Numbered from the stretch's first letter, positions 26,570 through 39,479 are shown. The stretch: 64,000 nucleotides of DNA from Takakia lepidozioides (GCA_030704615.1 CM060732.1:38874001-38938000), one strand, 5' to 3'. Numbers and translations are program-made. Notes: generated from the sequence alone by a model not told the origin.

Positions 26570-26856
26570 GGTATTTCGGCGCCGAAATTCCCAAGTGCAG
26601 TGTGCTAAAGTGGTGTTTTGAAGACATCCACCGGGGTATTTCGGCGCCGGAATTCCCTTTTGAAATGTGATATACTGGCGTATTTTATGGCGCAGAGCGG
26701 GCTATTTCGGCGCCGAAATACCCAAGTGGAATGTGCTGAAGTGCCTTGTGCTGAAGGCTTCCATCGTGATATTTTGGTGCAGTAATTCCTACGTGGAATT
26801 TTATAAGGCCCATATTATGAAGGTGCACACTGGGCTATTTCGGCGCCGAAATTCCC
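26570..26856. promoter_or_regulatory. Cluster of 5 ATTTCGGCGCCGAAAT-type palindromes (~65-bp period) upstream of cargo gene A
   Basis: Copies near 26574, 26638, 26704, 26771 (degenerate), 26838. Confidence 0.8.
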
Positions 26857-27205
26857 AATAGGAATGTTAGAAACGACAGGGTTTCCATGGCTTCAAGTTC
26901 GCGGTTCGCTGGTGTGCATAAATTACTTGTAGGGTTTTTACTTAACTTTGCGTCTCTTCTGCTTTTATTATTACATTGTGGTTTGCGGAAGAAATGTAGG
27001 GAATCGGACATGCAGTCTGAACACAATGATTTCAGAAATCGTCAATATTTTCATTAAGTGTTTCAGAATTGTACAACAAAAGGATCCAAATGAGACTTTG
27101 CTATGGTGAGGATCCGCGATCACTGTCCGATGCATCCCCGGCCTCATGCAAGGATGGTTGTCTTCCACCTACCTCCGAACCTGCACAGCCGCTACCGCTG
27201 TTACT

Positions 27206-30200
27206 CTAAGAAGCCCTCCCCTCAAAAATACCATCCTCACCAGCTGGAACTGTCCATCTGGGTGCAGAACTGTCCTCATCATCCCCCTCGCTCTCAGACA
27301 CGGATTCTATGATGAACTTGCCTACTCTGCCTTTCACAATTCCATGTTTGGCCTCATGCCTCATTATAATTCTCTGCTCATTTCCGAATATCAATTGCTC
27401 AAACCGAGTAGGCCTATCCTCCCTCCTGATGGCTTCTCTGGCAGCCGTGTCTGCATAGGCTGGTAGAAAAAAATGCTTATGGGGACTCGCGAAAAACAAT
27501 TTTCTGGTAAAGAATGGCCGATGCGATTCTGTCTCCTCCTCTGCAACAGGGTCCGATTCGGGCAAGTCTCTCAGCATTTCCTCGTCGGACGACTTTGCAA
27601 GGCTGAGTGTACGCACAAACACAGAATAAAGCACATTAGAACATTCAAACAGGGAATCATCGGCAGGTTGCATGGTCCCTACAACCGAAACCAATACACT
27701 TACTATGGTGCAACTCACTCGAAGACAGGCATTGCAGGAAGCGGCTTCGGGCACCCCTGCATTGGACGAATTTCCTGGACTTCCTCCTCCTCCTCTTCCT
27801 CCTCCCCTTCCACGTCCTCTTCTGCATTGTTGGGATCCTCAATCGGAGGCAGACGCTGTAGGCCCGCCAAATTGAAATTGTACAAGGCCGTATCCCCCTC
27901 AAATGAGAACACAAATCGGTTGGACATCCTTCCCGCCCACATACAGGCACCTGCAAATTCATACGACACAACCAAAGCCAAAGTCAAGAATGACTCGCTT
28001 CCTCGTGCAAGCAAACAAAGACAATCGGAAACCCTGTCAATTTCGGTGCCGCAATCACTTAACGCTCTCACGTGTATTAGCAGTGACGTCAAGGACCATG
28101 CCTTCAACATCCGTACACGTTTCCATGAGCGTCTGGATGAATGCAGGACTCCTGGTCCTGCCATACCTCCAAGGCGTGCCTGACAAATCACAAAGCATGT
28201 CCTTCTCTCCCACATGGTTGAACAGGACGTTATACTCCAGTGGATCAACTGTGGAATCAACAAGTCTGCCTGCTTGACGTAATTTGAATTTCGAATGTTC
28301 CTTCACGAAGCAGAATGCCTGAAAGATAAGAGTCTGCAAAGAAGGAAATGAGAACGTGAGAGGTGGCCTACACGTACATGGGCAATTTCGGCGCAGAAAT
28401 TGGCAAAACGGAGGAGAACCGCAGCATACCTTCTGACCATCGTTGAGAAGACCCTGCGTGTTGATGCAAGTCCAGATCTTTTTCAGGACTCTCCGTCCAT
28501 ACTTTGATATCATTCTCAGTGACTTCTCCATCGGCTGCTAGCACAACAACACAGCCGTCGTCGTCCAACATGTTGGCTGTGAACCCGAATGTGTGGCTCC
28601 AGTATCTTTCGTCGTACTTGTTCCACCAGGGTAGTGAGCCCAGCCCCAGTATCTCCTGCCCATCCGGGATATCCACAAGGATCATGTCGATGGAGGCTTT
28701 CACCGCCCTGCCCCCGACTGTGCTCTTTTTACCGTGGCTCATCGCCACAAAATACTCCATCATCTTTGTGTAGCCAGGAGTGTCCTCGATATCATTGCCA
28801 GTGGCCTTCCTCTTCCCCTTCCCCTGGTGGGCCTTGATCGTCTTCCTCAATCTCGTTTTCTCCAGCCTTATGGTCAGAGCAGTTAGGAAATTTTCATTAA
28901 CACACTCCACAATTGTGGGTGTTTTGAGGACTTCCCTGCCCGCAATGTGCACCGCATGGTAGGGTCTGCCAGGTGCATCCTCGTATAGTGATTTCTTCAC
29001 AGCCGAACCCCCGGAGCGCTGGCCCTTGTGAATTTTTGGACGAGGTGTGGCCCCCTGGGTGTTATCCTGCTAGAAATCGTCGTCGGAATCCTCGTCATCT
29101 GGCTGACTATGTTGCTGCTGCTTCTTCTTGGGTGTGGGGGTCTTCGTCTCTTGCCCCTGTTTGCGCGTTCTTTTCTTCCTGTCCTTGGGCTGATCAGCTG
29201 TCTGCTTCTCCATCTGCTCCTTCACCAACGTGCCGCCTTGGCTGACTTTCTCAGTGCTTTCTGCTTTGCTGCCTCCTCTGCTTTCAGTCTTTCCGCGTCC
29301 TCTGGTTGGGGATCCGATTGTGCCTTCATAGCCCGGGCATTTGCTTCCTTCTTCAAGTTAACCTCCGAGAGGTCAACGGTCCCACTTGGGAGATCCACAT
29401 ACAAGGGATAGTCTACCAAATGCTCGGCATGCCACTCCTTTGCCATTAGTTCTGTGTACATCGTACCACGACCTCCAGGTGTCCTCCACGCTAGGAAGAA
29501 TGGTGGAACCCTTTGAATGGCTCCGGACAGAATGAGTGCAAAATTTATGTACCTGCAATCACGAGGCAGTTCAACAAAATCATTCTACTGATGCATCATG
29601 CAAGAGGAAGTTCTCAATGCATAAGGTATTTCGGCACCGAAATACGCAGTGGACCGTGCCCCAATTACCCAGCACTCACATCTTGCAGAGGTATATTTCG
29701 GCGCCGCAATACCCACCGCTGCTTAGCTAAATCCTCAAAACTGCAAATAGGGGGATGCATTGGCAACAGATTACCTAAACAGGACACGCATTGCCGCTTT
29801 GTCGGCACCCTCCTGCTCTTCGATGTATACGCTGCGTCTTGCCTTTGCAATTTCTCTGAAAAACAGGTTTGCGAAGCGCCCTTGCCAGGACTGCACGTAG
29901 TTCTCCATTGTCTCCGGTTTCGTCCAGTCGATTTGTAACTTGTAAGTGGTGGTGTTGCAATCCAATTGCTCCTGGACGTGGGTCAGTACTGCAGCATTGC
30001 AGGTTTCCAAAACATTCATGAATTTGAAATTGCGATGATGTCCAACACACAGAAGAGGAGGAAATTATACCTGATGCCACCAAGTCATCACATTGAGCCA
30101 GTCGTTCATTTTGTCATCTGTTGGCTCGATGGGAAAGTGGTACAGTAGCTTCGTGTTTGTATGGCCGTTCCAGATTCGCAGCCACCTCGTCTGCATGGCC

Positions 30201-32020
30201 TAACATCGGTCAGACATAAGACCCTCATCATGAGAATCGCGAGAAGACACAAAACAAGAACAAACACATGCTAACCTTCTCCGCCAGCTCAACACATGAC
30301 ACTGCAATGTGATAAAGTTTCTCCATGGACATTTCCGGTTTCATGGGTCTGGAGTAATGCAGTCCTATCTCCGCCAGGAACTCGGCACCAAGACCAGGGT
30401 CAACGATTGCAACTTGCTTCAAAAGTTTGGACCTGTACTTAGTCCGTGATTGCCTCCTTGCCTGCACAATGTGACTCTCTATTGACGCGTCCGCCTTGTT
30501 GGGGGCATCACTCTCAAAGAACTGCCTTTTTGCATAAGCCAAGTCATCCCTGATGTTCGTCTGATTCCCATACCCAGCGGATACAGTCAGGCCACTGATC
30601 CCTGCAACAAATAGCATTAAATCGGGAAATTTGAGATGAACCTCACCGAATAGAGGATCTCCACCATGGCGTCCAGTGTTGGTCAGTACCAGGTGCAATC
30701 CGCTTTCGCAAGGGACTTCCTGTACAGCTCGGGATCGAGGGATTTTTGGAAGTCCGTCAGCGGTGCTGTGCCCACTTCTTGCACTCTGTAGAGCGTATGT
30801 GCCAGATGAGTTTCCACAAAGGCCCTCTTTGTTACCCTGCCATGGAGAAAAAAAAAATGAACAACATGAAAATATGATACAAAAATAACCAGATTTCGGC
30901 ACAGCAATCCAATTTCTAGTTCATAGAGTGCATGACAGTCAAGAACATTGTCTATTTCGGCGCCGCAATAGGCGGTACACAAGGATGTAGTTGTATACTT
31001 ATAGATTTATATCCGCCATGGCACCCTTCAGCAGTCCTCTGTCCCTCACGTCCACCTTCACGACAATGCAGTCCACCATGTAATGCCAATTGATATCTTG
31101 CGGATGCATTTCAGCAATGTACTCTGTCCAGGCAAGCATCCTGTGGTTCATGTCCCAAACGAAGAACATCTTCCCTGCCGTGTGTGCGAATGTGGGATTA
31201 GTCTTCAGAGAGGCTTCAAACTCGACATTTACAGTGTGCCAGTGGGGGCTCCAAGTCTGAAGCTCCTCTGCAGTGGGGCCCCTTGTGACACCCTGGTCAT
31301 TCTCAATGGAAATGTAAAAAACTGCCGACCCCCGTCTGTACCCCTCTCTGAAGTTGTACTTCAGTCGATCGACCCTAGCAGTGCTTGCCTTTCAATTGGA
31401 AGGCTAACCATGCGACACAAAGGAACTTTGAGGTTCTACGGATACACCATGGAGCCCAAAACGCGGCCTATGTTGCTATGAATCTCTACCAGCAACCTAT
31501 TTGCTGCTATGTTCATGTCTCGTGCGCTCATGAGCATACCCACCATCAGTTTCTTACTTGTATCACCTCTCTCACTTCTCTCACCCCTCTCACCAGCCTG
31601 TCTACTATCCTGGAGGTTTTGCTCCTCCGCAAGCTCCAGCAGGTTCTGATCTCCTGGGAAGTCGTCAAGTCATACCACGTTGTCGTCCTCTGCTTCTGTC
31701 AGTTCAATGGGCCGCCCTTCTGCAGATCCGAGTCCGACATCTCCAGTGGCCTCCACCGCATCCGTGTTTTTCTGAAACTGCCTGCAAACCCAATATCTCC
31801 GCTTGCAGTCTCCCAAGCGGTTTTACTGGCGAAGCCATGGGCTCATTTTGCTTCCTCGGCTTCCGGACTCTAGGTGGGCTTTTCTGAGGCGATTTCTGAG
31901 GTGTTCTCTGAGGAGTCGCCTGCCTCGATGCACTTCCACCTTGCGAACGCAGCACCTGGGCAAGAGTATCCAAAGTTGACTGTGTTGGCTCGCCCCCTGC
32001 GATCCCTCCCCAGCTCCCAT
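27206..32020 (-). pseudogene. Multi-exon cargo gene: disordered N-terminus, ParB/Srx-like domain, helical region, beta-class N4/N6 DNA methyltransferase-like domain, acidic tail
   Basis: ParB-like KMFFVWDMNHRMLAW (~31130-31172); motif IV-like SIDMILVDIPDG (~28660-28695) then W.K....W...F....MLDDDGCVVV; RSPAFIQTLMETCTDVEGMVLDVTANT spliced to RACMWAGRMSNRFVFSFEGD (motifs X-I-II-III); GT-AG introns such as 27603-27718 and 28334-28429; several frameshifts and stops. Confidence 0.8.
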
Positions 32021-32529
32021 GTCAAACAAACAGGAAAACATGACACACTGCACGCAAAAAAAAAGGTGTAAAAAGAATAGTGCATATGGAGTGCTTCACA
32101 TCCGCGAAGCACGAATCTCTCACCGGTGGACGATCCGAGTATCCGGATAACGAGGTCTGTATTTCCTGCATGAGACAGAGCTTAAGTCGTGTCGTCGGCG
32201 GCTTTCCAAAATCCCGCGTCTTCCTTCTCTGCGCCGGAGTCGCCTGACCTTTCACAAACTCTATGCTATCACTATGCTGCATAAGGAGAGGAAACGCACG
32301 AGAATGTCACTGCAGAAGGGCATGGAGCGAGAGAGCGAAGCGGTGGAACATGCAACCACTGTGCACGAGCAGATGCGTAAGCAGCCATGTCTCCCGAAGC
32401 GTTGCCACCATCCACCACTTTTTGCCGTATGGGTAATGAAGAGATTGCGACCCCTGACACGTTCGCACGGATGAAGTCGACTGGAACACGACGCGTGCTT
32501 GTTCAAGCCCGCAGTAAAAGACGCTTTAT

Positions 32530-34095
32530 CCGAATTGCGGCGCCGAAATACCGTTCCGTTCATCGGATGGTGTTCACGGAGCAGCCGGCATTGAATGAAC
32601 TATCCGCACATCATAAAACCCAACCGCCATGAAATTCCCCTGCGTACCGACATTCAACAGTCAGGTCAGCACGTTTCATCAGCGGACGGATGAATTTCGG
32701 CAACGAAATTCATCCTATGCAAGTGCTTTCATACACAAACATATGAATTTCGGCGCCGAAATTCATCGCTTCCCCAGTCCTCATCCGTCATGAGCACACA
32801 TGTCAGTCGGATATCGGAGTTGGAATTAATTCCGGGACAGTGGAGAACGTTGCACTTGGGCACATTTCATCCATATTTTGGCGCCGACATTCATTAAGAA
32901 TATCTCCTTCCGCGCGTGGACGAGGTGAAATCATCCATATTTCGGCGCCGAAATACATCCAGCGCGAAGACTAAATCGGCACCATGCTACGCTTTGCCGC
33001 CATCATTACCCCTCACGGTTGCTGTCCATGCCTGTTGGACTTGCCATATCTGGACTGTTAAGTATAATTTCGGCGCCCAAATTATACTTTATGTGCGGCA
33101 ACGTTCTGTACGAAAAATGACCACTTAATGGAAACTGTCACTTTCAAATGAAAACAACGGCTAAAATGCAATTAATTTTCCCCCAACATGAGAAAATATC
33201 CCCTTTCGTCATTGGATAACAGCCTTTTGAAAGACATAAGGGGTTAAATGTGCCGATTTCTCCATTTAATGCAGAATATTCGTGTTATCTTTGTCTGAAT
33301 GGGTTATTTCAAACGAATTTCGGAACCTTACATCATCCAGAAGCAAGAAGTAAGTGTCGGGTTTGGACAAATTTCGGCGCCGAAATTCATCCGTCGCATA
33401 GAAAATGTAATATTGGAGTTACCCTTTACGGACAGTAACGATGAATTTCGGTGCCGAAATTCATCCATTTCAAAGAAAAATAAATATTGGAGGGAGGGCT
33501 TTGGATGAATTTCGGCACCAAAATCCAGCGCTCCAACCCTTAAAGGAAATTGTAGGGATGACTTCGGATGAATTTCGGCGCCAGAATTCATTGCTAGCGA
33601 AGAAAAAAGAAAATTTGAAGGGTGGACTTCGGATGAATTTCGGCGCCGAAATTCATCTGTCGCAAGGAAAAATAAAATGAAAGGAGGACTTCGGATGAAT
33701 TTCGGCGCCGAAATTCATCCGCAAGACAGCCGAATTAGGGTCGAAAAAGGAGAAGAAGAATGAATTTCGGCGCCGAAATTCATCCCTACTGTCAATTCAA
33801 GACTACTCTCATTCGGATGTCGGCACCGAAACCCGGACACGTGGTGAATCATGACTTTAATCACGAACACATTCATCCGTATTTCGGCTCCGAAATTCAT
33901 CCCTTATGTGCAGAAACAATTTCATGAAGAACATGTTCATCCGAATTTCGGCACCAAAATCTATCCGTCGGGTGCTTGCTCAGTTTCATGAGGTGAACAA
34001 ATTTCGATTTCTGTCGCCGGAATTCATCCCGTGGCTTCCAAATGTGTTACATGACATAGATGTTCATCCACATTTCGGTGCCAAAATTCATGAGA
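32530..34095. repeat. Main palindrome array (about 20 copies, up to 28-bp GGATGAATTTCGGCGCCGAAATTCATCC) in the divergent intergenic region between the ParB-MTase gene and the transposase
   Basis: 13 consecutive copies over 33315-34090 with centre-to-centre spacing mostly 62-65 bp (outliers ~53-55 and ~74) and largely dissimilar spacers; further copies over 32534-33080. Confidence 0.92.
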
Positions 34096-34299
34096 AGGCC
34101 TGATTTATTGTAGCCCAACTGGTGGTACATCACAATTCAGGCACCCAATATCCGTTGTGAATTTGTTGTGGTCGTCTGTATTTATAACGTACATTATACA
34201 CCTTCATCCATACGTGCACTGATCACCCATCCTGTTGGATACAGAATCCTCCAGAAAATGATTGTGGTATTATGTAGGTTACACTCTTCTCATTGTAGG

Positions 34300-37200
34300 A
34301 CTTCGCTGTAGAGAGTACCGAGAGTTGCGGTCTTCAACATGGACTCTCGTGTACTTCCATCCTGATTCTCTGAAAGCTAAAATACCCTGCGACCAAGGAT
34401 TTGCGATTGTCACTGAGCAGTACTTGTGTGTGAAGTTCGGGCTCCGCCCTGGAACGGTGTTTTTGGAAGAGGAGACGAATGGTGCTTATGGAAATTTTCT
34501 GGAAAGTGCCGTCATTCTGCATGCAGATTTCGGAAAGGGCAATGAGTGGCGGCTCCCAGCTTCTGAATCCATCCGGTACAGTGCAATTGGTGAAATCGTG
34601 CCTAAAGAGTTCCCACGCTAGAACTTGGTTGATCCTCCTTCCATAAGAGGGTCTGGCGTGCAAGATGTGAAGTCTGCCATGAAAGATGTGGGCACCTCTT
34701 CACAAGCAAAGAAGCCCAAACATATGAAAAGGGAAATCGAGGAAAACAGGGAAACAGTCGTCCACGACTTATCCAGTGATGATGAAGACTGTATGGTCCT
34801 TCCATCGTATGTTTCGAAGTCGTCCATCACTAGGAGTGTTCAGATGTTGGCAAACAATGAGCACACACCCTCCGACTCAACTTCCGTCCGCTTAGTAATC
34901 GACATATTGCGGAGGATGAAAACAGCGGGTTCATGCTCAAGTGACCTTCTTAGGCTTGATTACGACAAAACTCCAATCCATTTTGTGGAAACTTTGCCTG
35001 AAGTTGTGGATGGGAATGCTATCTACGAGTTCCCTCCAGTGCCGGCAGGCACAGGCCCAGACGACATGCTGGCAGGAATGAACAGGAAACATGACGGCCA
35101 CCCTTGGTGTGTCACCAAAACTTCATCGTCCAATCTGGGTGATGGAGTTCGAGTGAGATATGTATTGTGTGCTGGGCATCTTAAATGTTTCTCGAGCACA
35201 TGTTACCACTACACGAGCAAAGGCACCCGGAATGAGACAGACTGGATTGGCAATTCGTCGACCCCATTTTGGCCTCAAGGTAGAGTTCATGCAGGGACGT
35301 TCAAGTGTGCCCATTGCAACGCAGCCCCTACGTGTATGGCAGTGTGCAACGCCAAGCAGTATTACGTCGGGACTGTCGGCCCAGCGTGCACCAGAGCATG
35401 CATTCACATCGGAAAGTATGACCACCCCGTCGCCAGAGGCAATTGCAGAGTCGCTTTTCAACAAGCCCACGATATTATCAAGGAGGAGGTGAGGTTGAGG
35501 CTGGGAGCAAAACCAAAGCAGATACAGCTCGCATCCACACATAGAATTGCAATTGGCAGAATAATGTCGGAGGACGGAAGCACAAGAGAGAAGCTGGGTG
35601 AGGGGGACATGAAGGAGCTGCTGGAAGCTGTCTCCCATGTGTGCAGCCCCAATGTCAAGAACCACATTGTCGGCTGCAAGAAACGAATCGGAAGAGGATC
35701 AGACATGCAATCCATCTTGGAAGTGAAGCGCACATGCGGCTACGACTTCATCCAGGGCAGCTTATTTCATGGTCAAGGCTGAGAGATGGACAGGTGCTTC
35801 ATATTTAAGATGTCAATGTGCGGACCGGGGAGCGGTGTCGATTTGGTGAAGCGGATAACCAGTGGAGACCTCTCAAATTGTTGGGTCATGTTCGACCACA
35901 TCAGGCGAATTACCAACCACGATTGGGTGACAATGGGGCACATGTATATGACCCACATTGCAGAAAGTTGATGACCATTGCTATCTGCGAAATGAAAGGA
36001 GAAGACACAGATTCGGAGTTGCATATGTGGCGCGGAATTAATGAGCAAATGGCGAGAGCGAAGTTGCCCCCTCCTGATTTTAGGGGCTTCATGGCTGACA
36101 ATGCCCAAGCGAACTGGGCTGCAGTGAGAAGGGTATATGGGGACGACCCAAAGACTCCAATAGAAGGTAAGGAGAGATCTTGCGGGTTTCACTTCATGCA
36201 GAGTTTGACGCAAAATACGAAAAGGTTCGTGGCTTCACGCCACCGGCAGGATCATATCAGTATGTGCCTTGCGTGGAAAAATGCGAATTCCATCGACGAG
36301 GCGGAGACCGAGTTTGCAACCACACGCGCCTGGTGGGTGTCTTCAGGGGCAGTGGATGTGAAAGATCAGCCAGAACTGCAAACGTGGCTTGCGTGGTGGC
36401 ACTATAGATTCCGCCAGTTTGGAGACTACATGAGACATGTAACACATTTCTGTACTTGACAATTGTTCTGTTTTGTGCTTCGACATTCTCCACAATGAGT
36501 GACATTTCTAATTTCCTTCAATAGGACATGAGCTTGGAGGATGACACGGATATGCCGACGACGAACATGGGCGAATCGGTGCACTCTTCCTGGTGTGCTT
36601 CCTCTGCGGCACATCTCGTTGACATGTTGACAGCAACAACAGAAGATATTGTGAGGGCCATCATGCAACAATCTCGTTACTACCAGTTTCTGGGAGGAAA
36701 ACAATGGGGTATCGGACCAGACAGGCAGGAGATGCTGATACTGGGATCGTCTGTCAAGTTGAGGAATTATGAACCTCTTCTGCTCTGCTCGGAATCGAGA
36801 TCATGTGATATTGTGAGGGCGGCGCATCGTTCGACCGATCCCAAAAAATGGACTGCTGCATTGCGGGAAACAATAAGGTCAACGCCGTTACACAGTTGGG
36901 GGAACTGCCTGGAGGGCGATGTCCGTAGCCGGCCGGTGAAGAAAAGAATTGAGGACATGCCTAGAGGCAACGGCGATTCATGGAGATCAGATATGAACAT
37001 CCGCACTCAACCTCGGGGCACAACAATGTTGCGTCCCACGCCTCCTCCCAGCAGGACTCGTACCCCCTCTCCTGCAACATCCATGGAATCGCTGCCAGAC
37101 TCGGGACAACATGCCCAGGATGAGCATGTTGCTCCTATTATTGTTACCCAATACATCATTCCAATCGTGGAGCAAGATGTGTCGGCCTCGCAGTGGAGAA

Positions 37201-38024
37201 TTGCACGGACCCGTCCGTCATTTCATGGCACATGTTGTGTTGTTCCTGTGGACACCAACCATAGATGCAATGAGATGATTCGGAGGAGCCCGCAAGGCGG
37301 TGTGCCTGCCCCTTGCTTCACAGGAGATTTGTGTGCGCAAAGTTTGTGGAGGCCACACTGAAGGAGTTTTGGTTCTGCAAGCACGATATCATATCGTGTG
37401 TGTTCGGCAAGCCCAAGTATGGTGTACAAAGCATGCCTGAACCACCACCAGTCTGGCCTATGGCAACTAATACAGATCTTACCCTGGAGGAGGCAAACGC
37501 TCTAGGAAGTGCAGGGTTTTGACTGGTGGAGAGGACAGATGTTCCACGAAATCCAATTCCCAGTCGTCATCCTCCTCCCACGAGAAGCTCTTCACCCCGC
37601 ATACAGGTGGGTGACCCTGCAGCTTGGCCCACCCATCGGTGGGGGAAACTGAAAAGACGGCGGCCACCAACAAAGGCAAACGACACCAGAGGCCAACGCT
37701 CTTGCAATGCCCTGCATAGTGCAAGGTTGCAGGGATGTTCCTCACCCCGGGATGGGGCGCATATTTCAATTGTCAACAGCCGGGTCTGCTGCGCGCAGTG
37801 TCGTGTATGCAATCACGGTTTCTCAGTACCCAGCTTGCAACTGTGAGGACTTCCTTGTTATGGAATCGAAGAATGCATCATACGTCCCCTGCAAACACCT
37901 TTATTACATTTTTCTGAAGCGCATGAGTTGCATATCCGCAGTGGACGTCTTCATCCATGCTCCAACACTGAGCTTCAACGAGCTGCACAAGGCCCTACGG
38001 CAGGATACAGGTCGGACTGCTTGA
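34300..38024 (+). pseudogene. Mutator-like transposase: GCM-like Zn domain, DDE core, C-terminal SWIM; disrupted by stops (34619, 35780) and frameshifts
   Basis: DGHPW...CAGHLKC....C...CAHC...HIG.YDHP; catalytic VMFDH, FMADN, CGFH (CxxH), TNMGESVHS; SWIM CNCEDF...PCKH; intron ~36439-36525. Confidence 0.88.
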
Positions 38025-38695
38025 CATTCCACATTCGGGAAGGAGAAAGTGGCAATTATATTACATTCATCTTCTTGCACCCTATTTTTTTGTGAGGAAT
38101 TATACACTTGGTGGTGCCGTACCGCCATGGCTCCAGGTGCATTTTGATGCCGCAATACATGAGAATGTGGTTTTTGGTCGTGAATGATATGGGCATGCTT
38201 TTTTAATTTTGGTTATGTCTATAAATGGATCCGAGGAAAGCATACATTGTGTGGAGATACACGGGCATTGTGGCCTATTTCAGCGTCGTTATTGGTCTGT
38301 ATACTGCATAGTGCTTCCTTGTTACTGCTCTTCATTCAAATTGTGGTGATTTCGCAGCCCATCCTGGCATTTTCGTCCACCTTTATGAGAAGACTCCGAT
38401 TTGCTACCAATACATTGTTAGTGTTCTGCAAATGTGATGCCTTTACAAGATTGCTAGTTCTGTGTCCCAGTGGGAAGGGTCCTACTGCACATTCCAGCAT
38501 TTGCATACTGCACCTTGTGCACACAGCAATCCATACGACAAAGGACACGTCCCAGCATACTGGCAGTGAATTGCAAAAAACCTTAACAGAAGATTATCCA
38601 AGCACGTATATTCCCCATATGGCACAGGGAAGCTACTTGATTTCTGAAGCAAAATGTATGTGCCATGAGTGTCGGCGAGTTGAAACATGTCTACT

Positions 38696-39259
38696 CTAGC
38701 ATGCAAGACCTATGGTCCCCTCGCCCAAGAAGAAGGAACTCGAACTCCTCTCAAGGACCTCCTGAGTGACCGGGTGCCGATATTTGAACAAAATGTCAGC
38801 GGTTTCTGTCGCCCGGTTGAAACTAACAAGGATGTCGTGTTTATCGATAGCGCCCCCTTTGTAGAAGGACATTTTCACAGTGGGCCATGTGTTCCCCTCC
38901 TCCTCATCCTCATAACTGAAGAGAATGTCCCCACTTTCCGAGCCAGTCCGTCCACGCGTGAAGTTTTCACCTATGCACTCATCATACGTCCACTCGCAAC
39001 AGTTCCAGCGATACAACAACGTTGTGCATGATCTGTTCGGCTCCCACTCAAGCGGAAAGTCCAGGTCCATGATGCGCAGGAACCACCTGCTCCCCAGCCG
39101 GGGTCCAGGAGAATCGTGCAATCCTGGAAGAAACTCCATTGCTCTCAGCTGGACAAGTCGAGGATTGTCCCTGTAAACATCTAGGAAGACAATGATGTCG
39201 TCTGCTTTCGGGACAATGACTCCCGTTTGGCGTCGATAGATGTGATTTGGGCACGACAT
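38696..39259 (-). CDS. Uncharacterised cargo gene D of the MULE (may continue in exons to ~38300)
   Basis: ~187-aa open frame from ATG (MSCPNHIYRR...) located just downstream of a palindrome cluster; no recognisable motif. Confidence 0.5.
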   Translation of the reverse strand: MSCPNHIYRRQTGVIVPKADDIIVFLDVYRDNPRLVQLRAMEFLPGLHDSPGPRLGSRWFLRIMDLDFPLEWEPNRSCTTLLYRWNCCEWTYDECIGENFTRGRTGSESGDILFSYEDEEEGNTWPTVKMSFYKGGAIDKHDILVSFNRATETADILFKYRHPVTQEVLERSSSSFFLGEGTIGLAC

Positions 39260-39479
39260 GGCCTCACGACACAGCAAGAACACAGAGCAGGGAGGAGATG
39301 GGCACAACAAAGAAGAGTGAAGAGCAAAATGAGAGCGAGGCCGGTGGAAGAGGGATATATCATTGCTACACTGCCAATGTCATATGCGGCAAAACTTCTA
39401 TTTCCTCCGACATGTGTGCTTTTATTAGACAAATTCGCACCAGTTTCAGGATAGTTTGCAAAACTCCCTCACCGTAAGG

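Noticed and set aside
27473-28183. Plus-strand 236-aa ORF and similar overlapping ORFs (e.g. 35123-35665, 39456-39890, 60584-61069)
   Set aside because: Antisense shadows of real coding regions or translations of tandem repeats; no motifs.
27206-32020. Bacterial or phage contamination explaining the ParB-MTase
   Set aside because: The gene has canonical GT-AG introns and lies inside a TSD-flanked eukaryotic transposon nested in a LINE.
33310-34095. CRISPR array (28-bp palindromic repeats with ~35-bp spacers)
   Set aside because: Eukaryotic TE context with no cas genes. Repeats are degenerate throughout and also occur singly in introns. Neighbouring spacers share remnants (e.g. ggacttcggatg), and the 39.5-39.9 kb cluster is a plain tandem repeat.
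32530-34095. GGCGCC core as a restriction-modification site
   Set aside because: No restriction endonuclease is encoded in the element, and conservation extends well beyond the 6-bp core.
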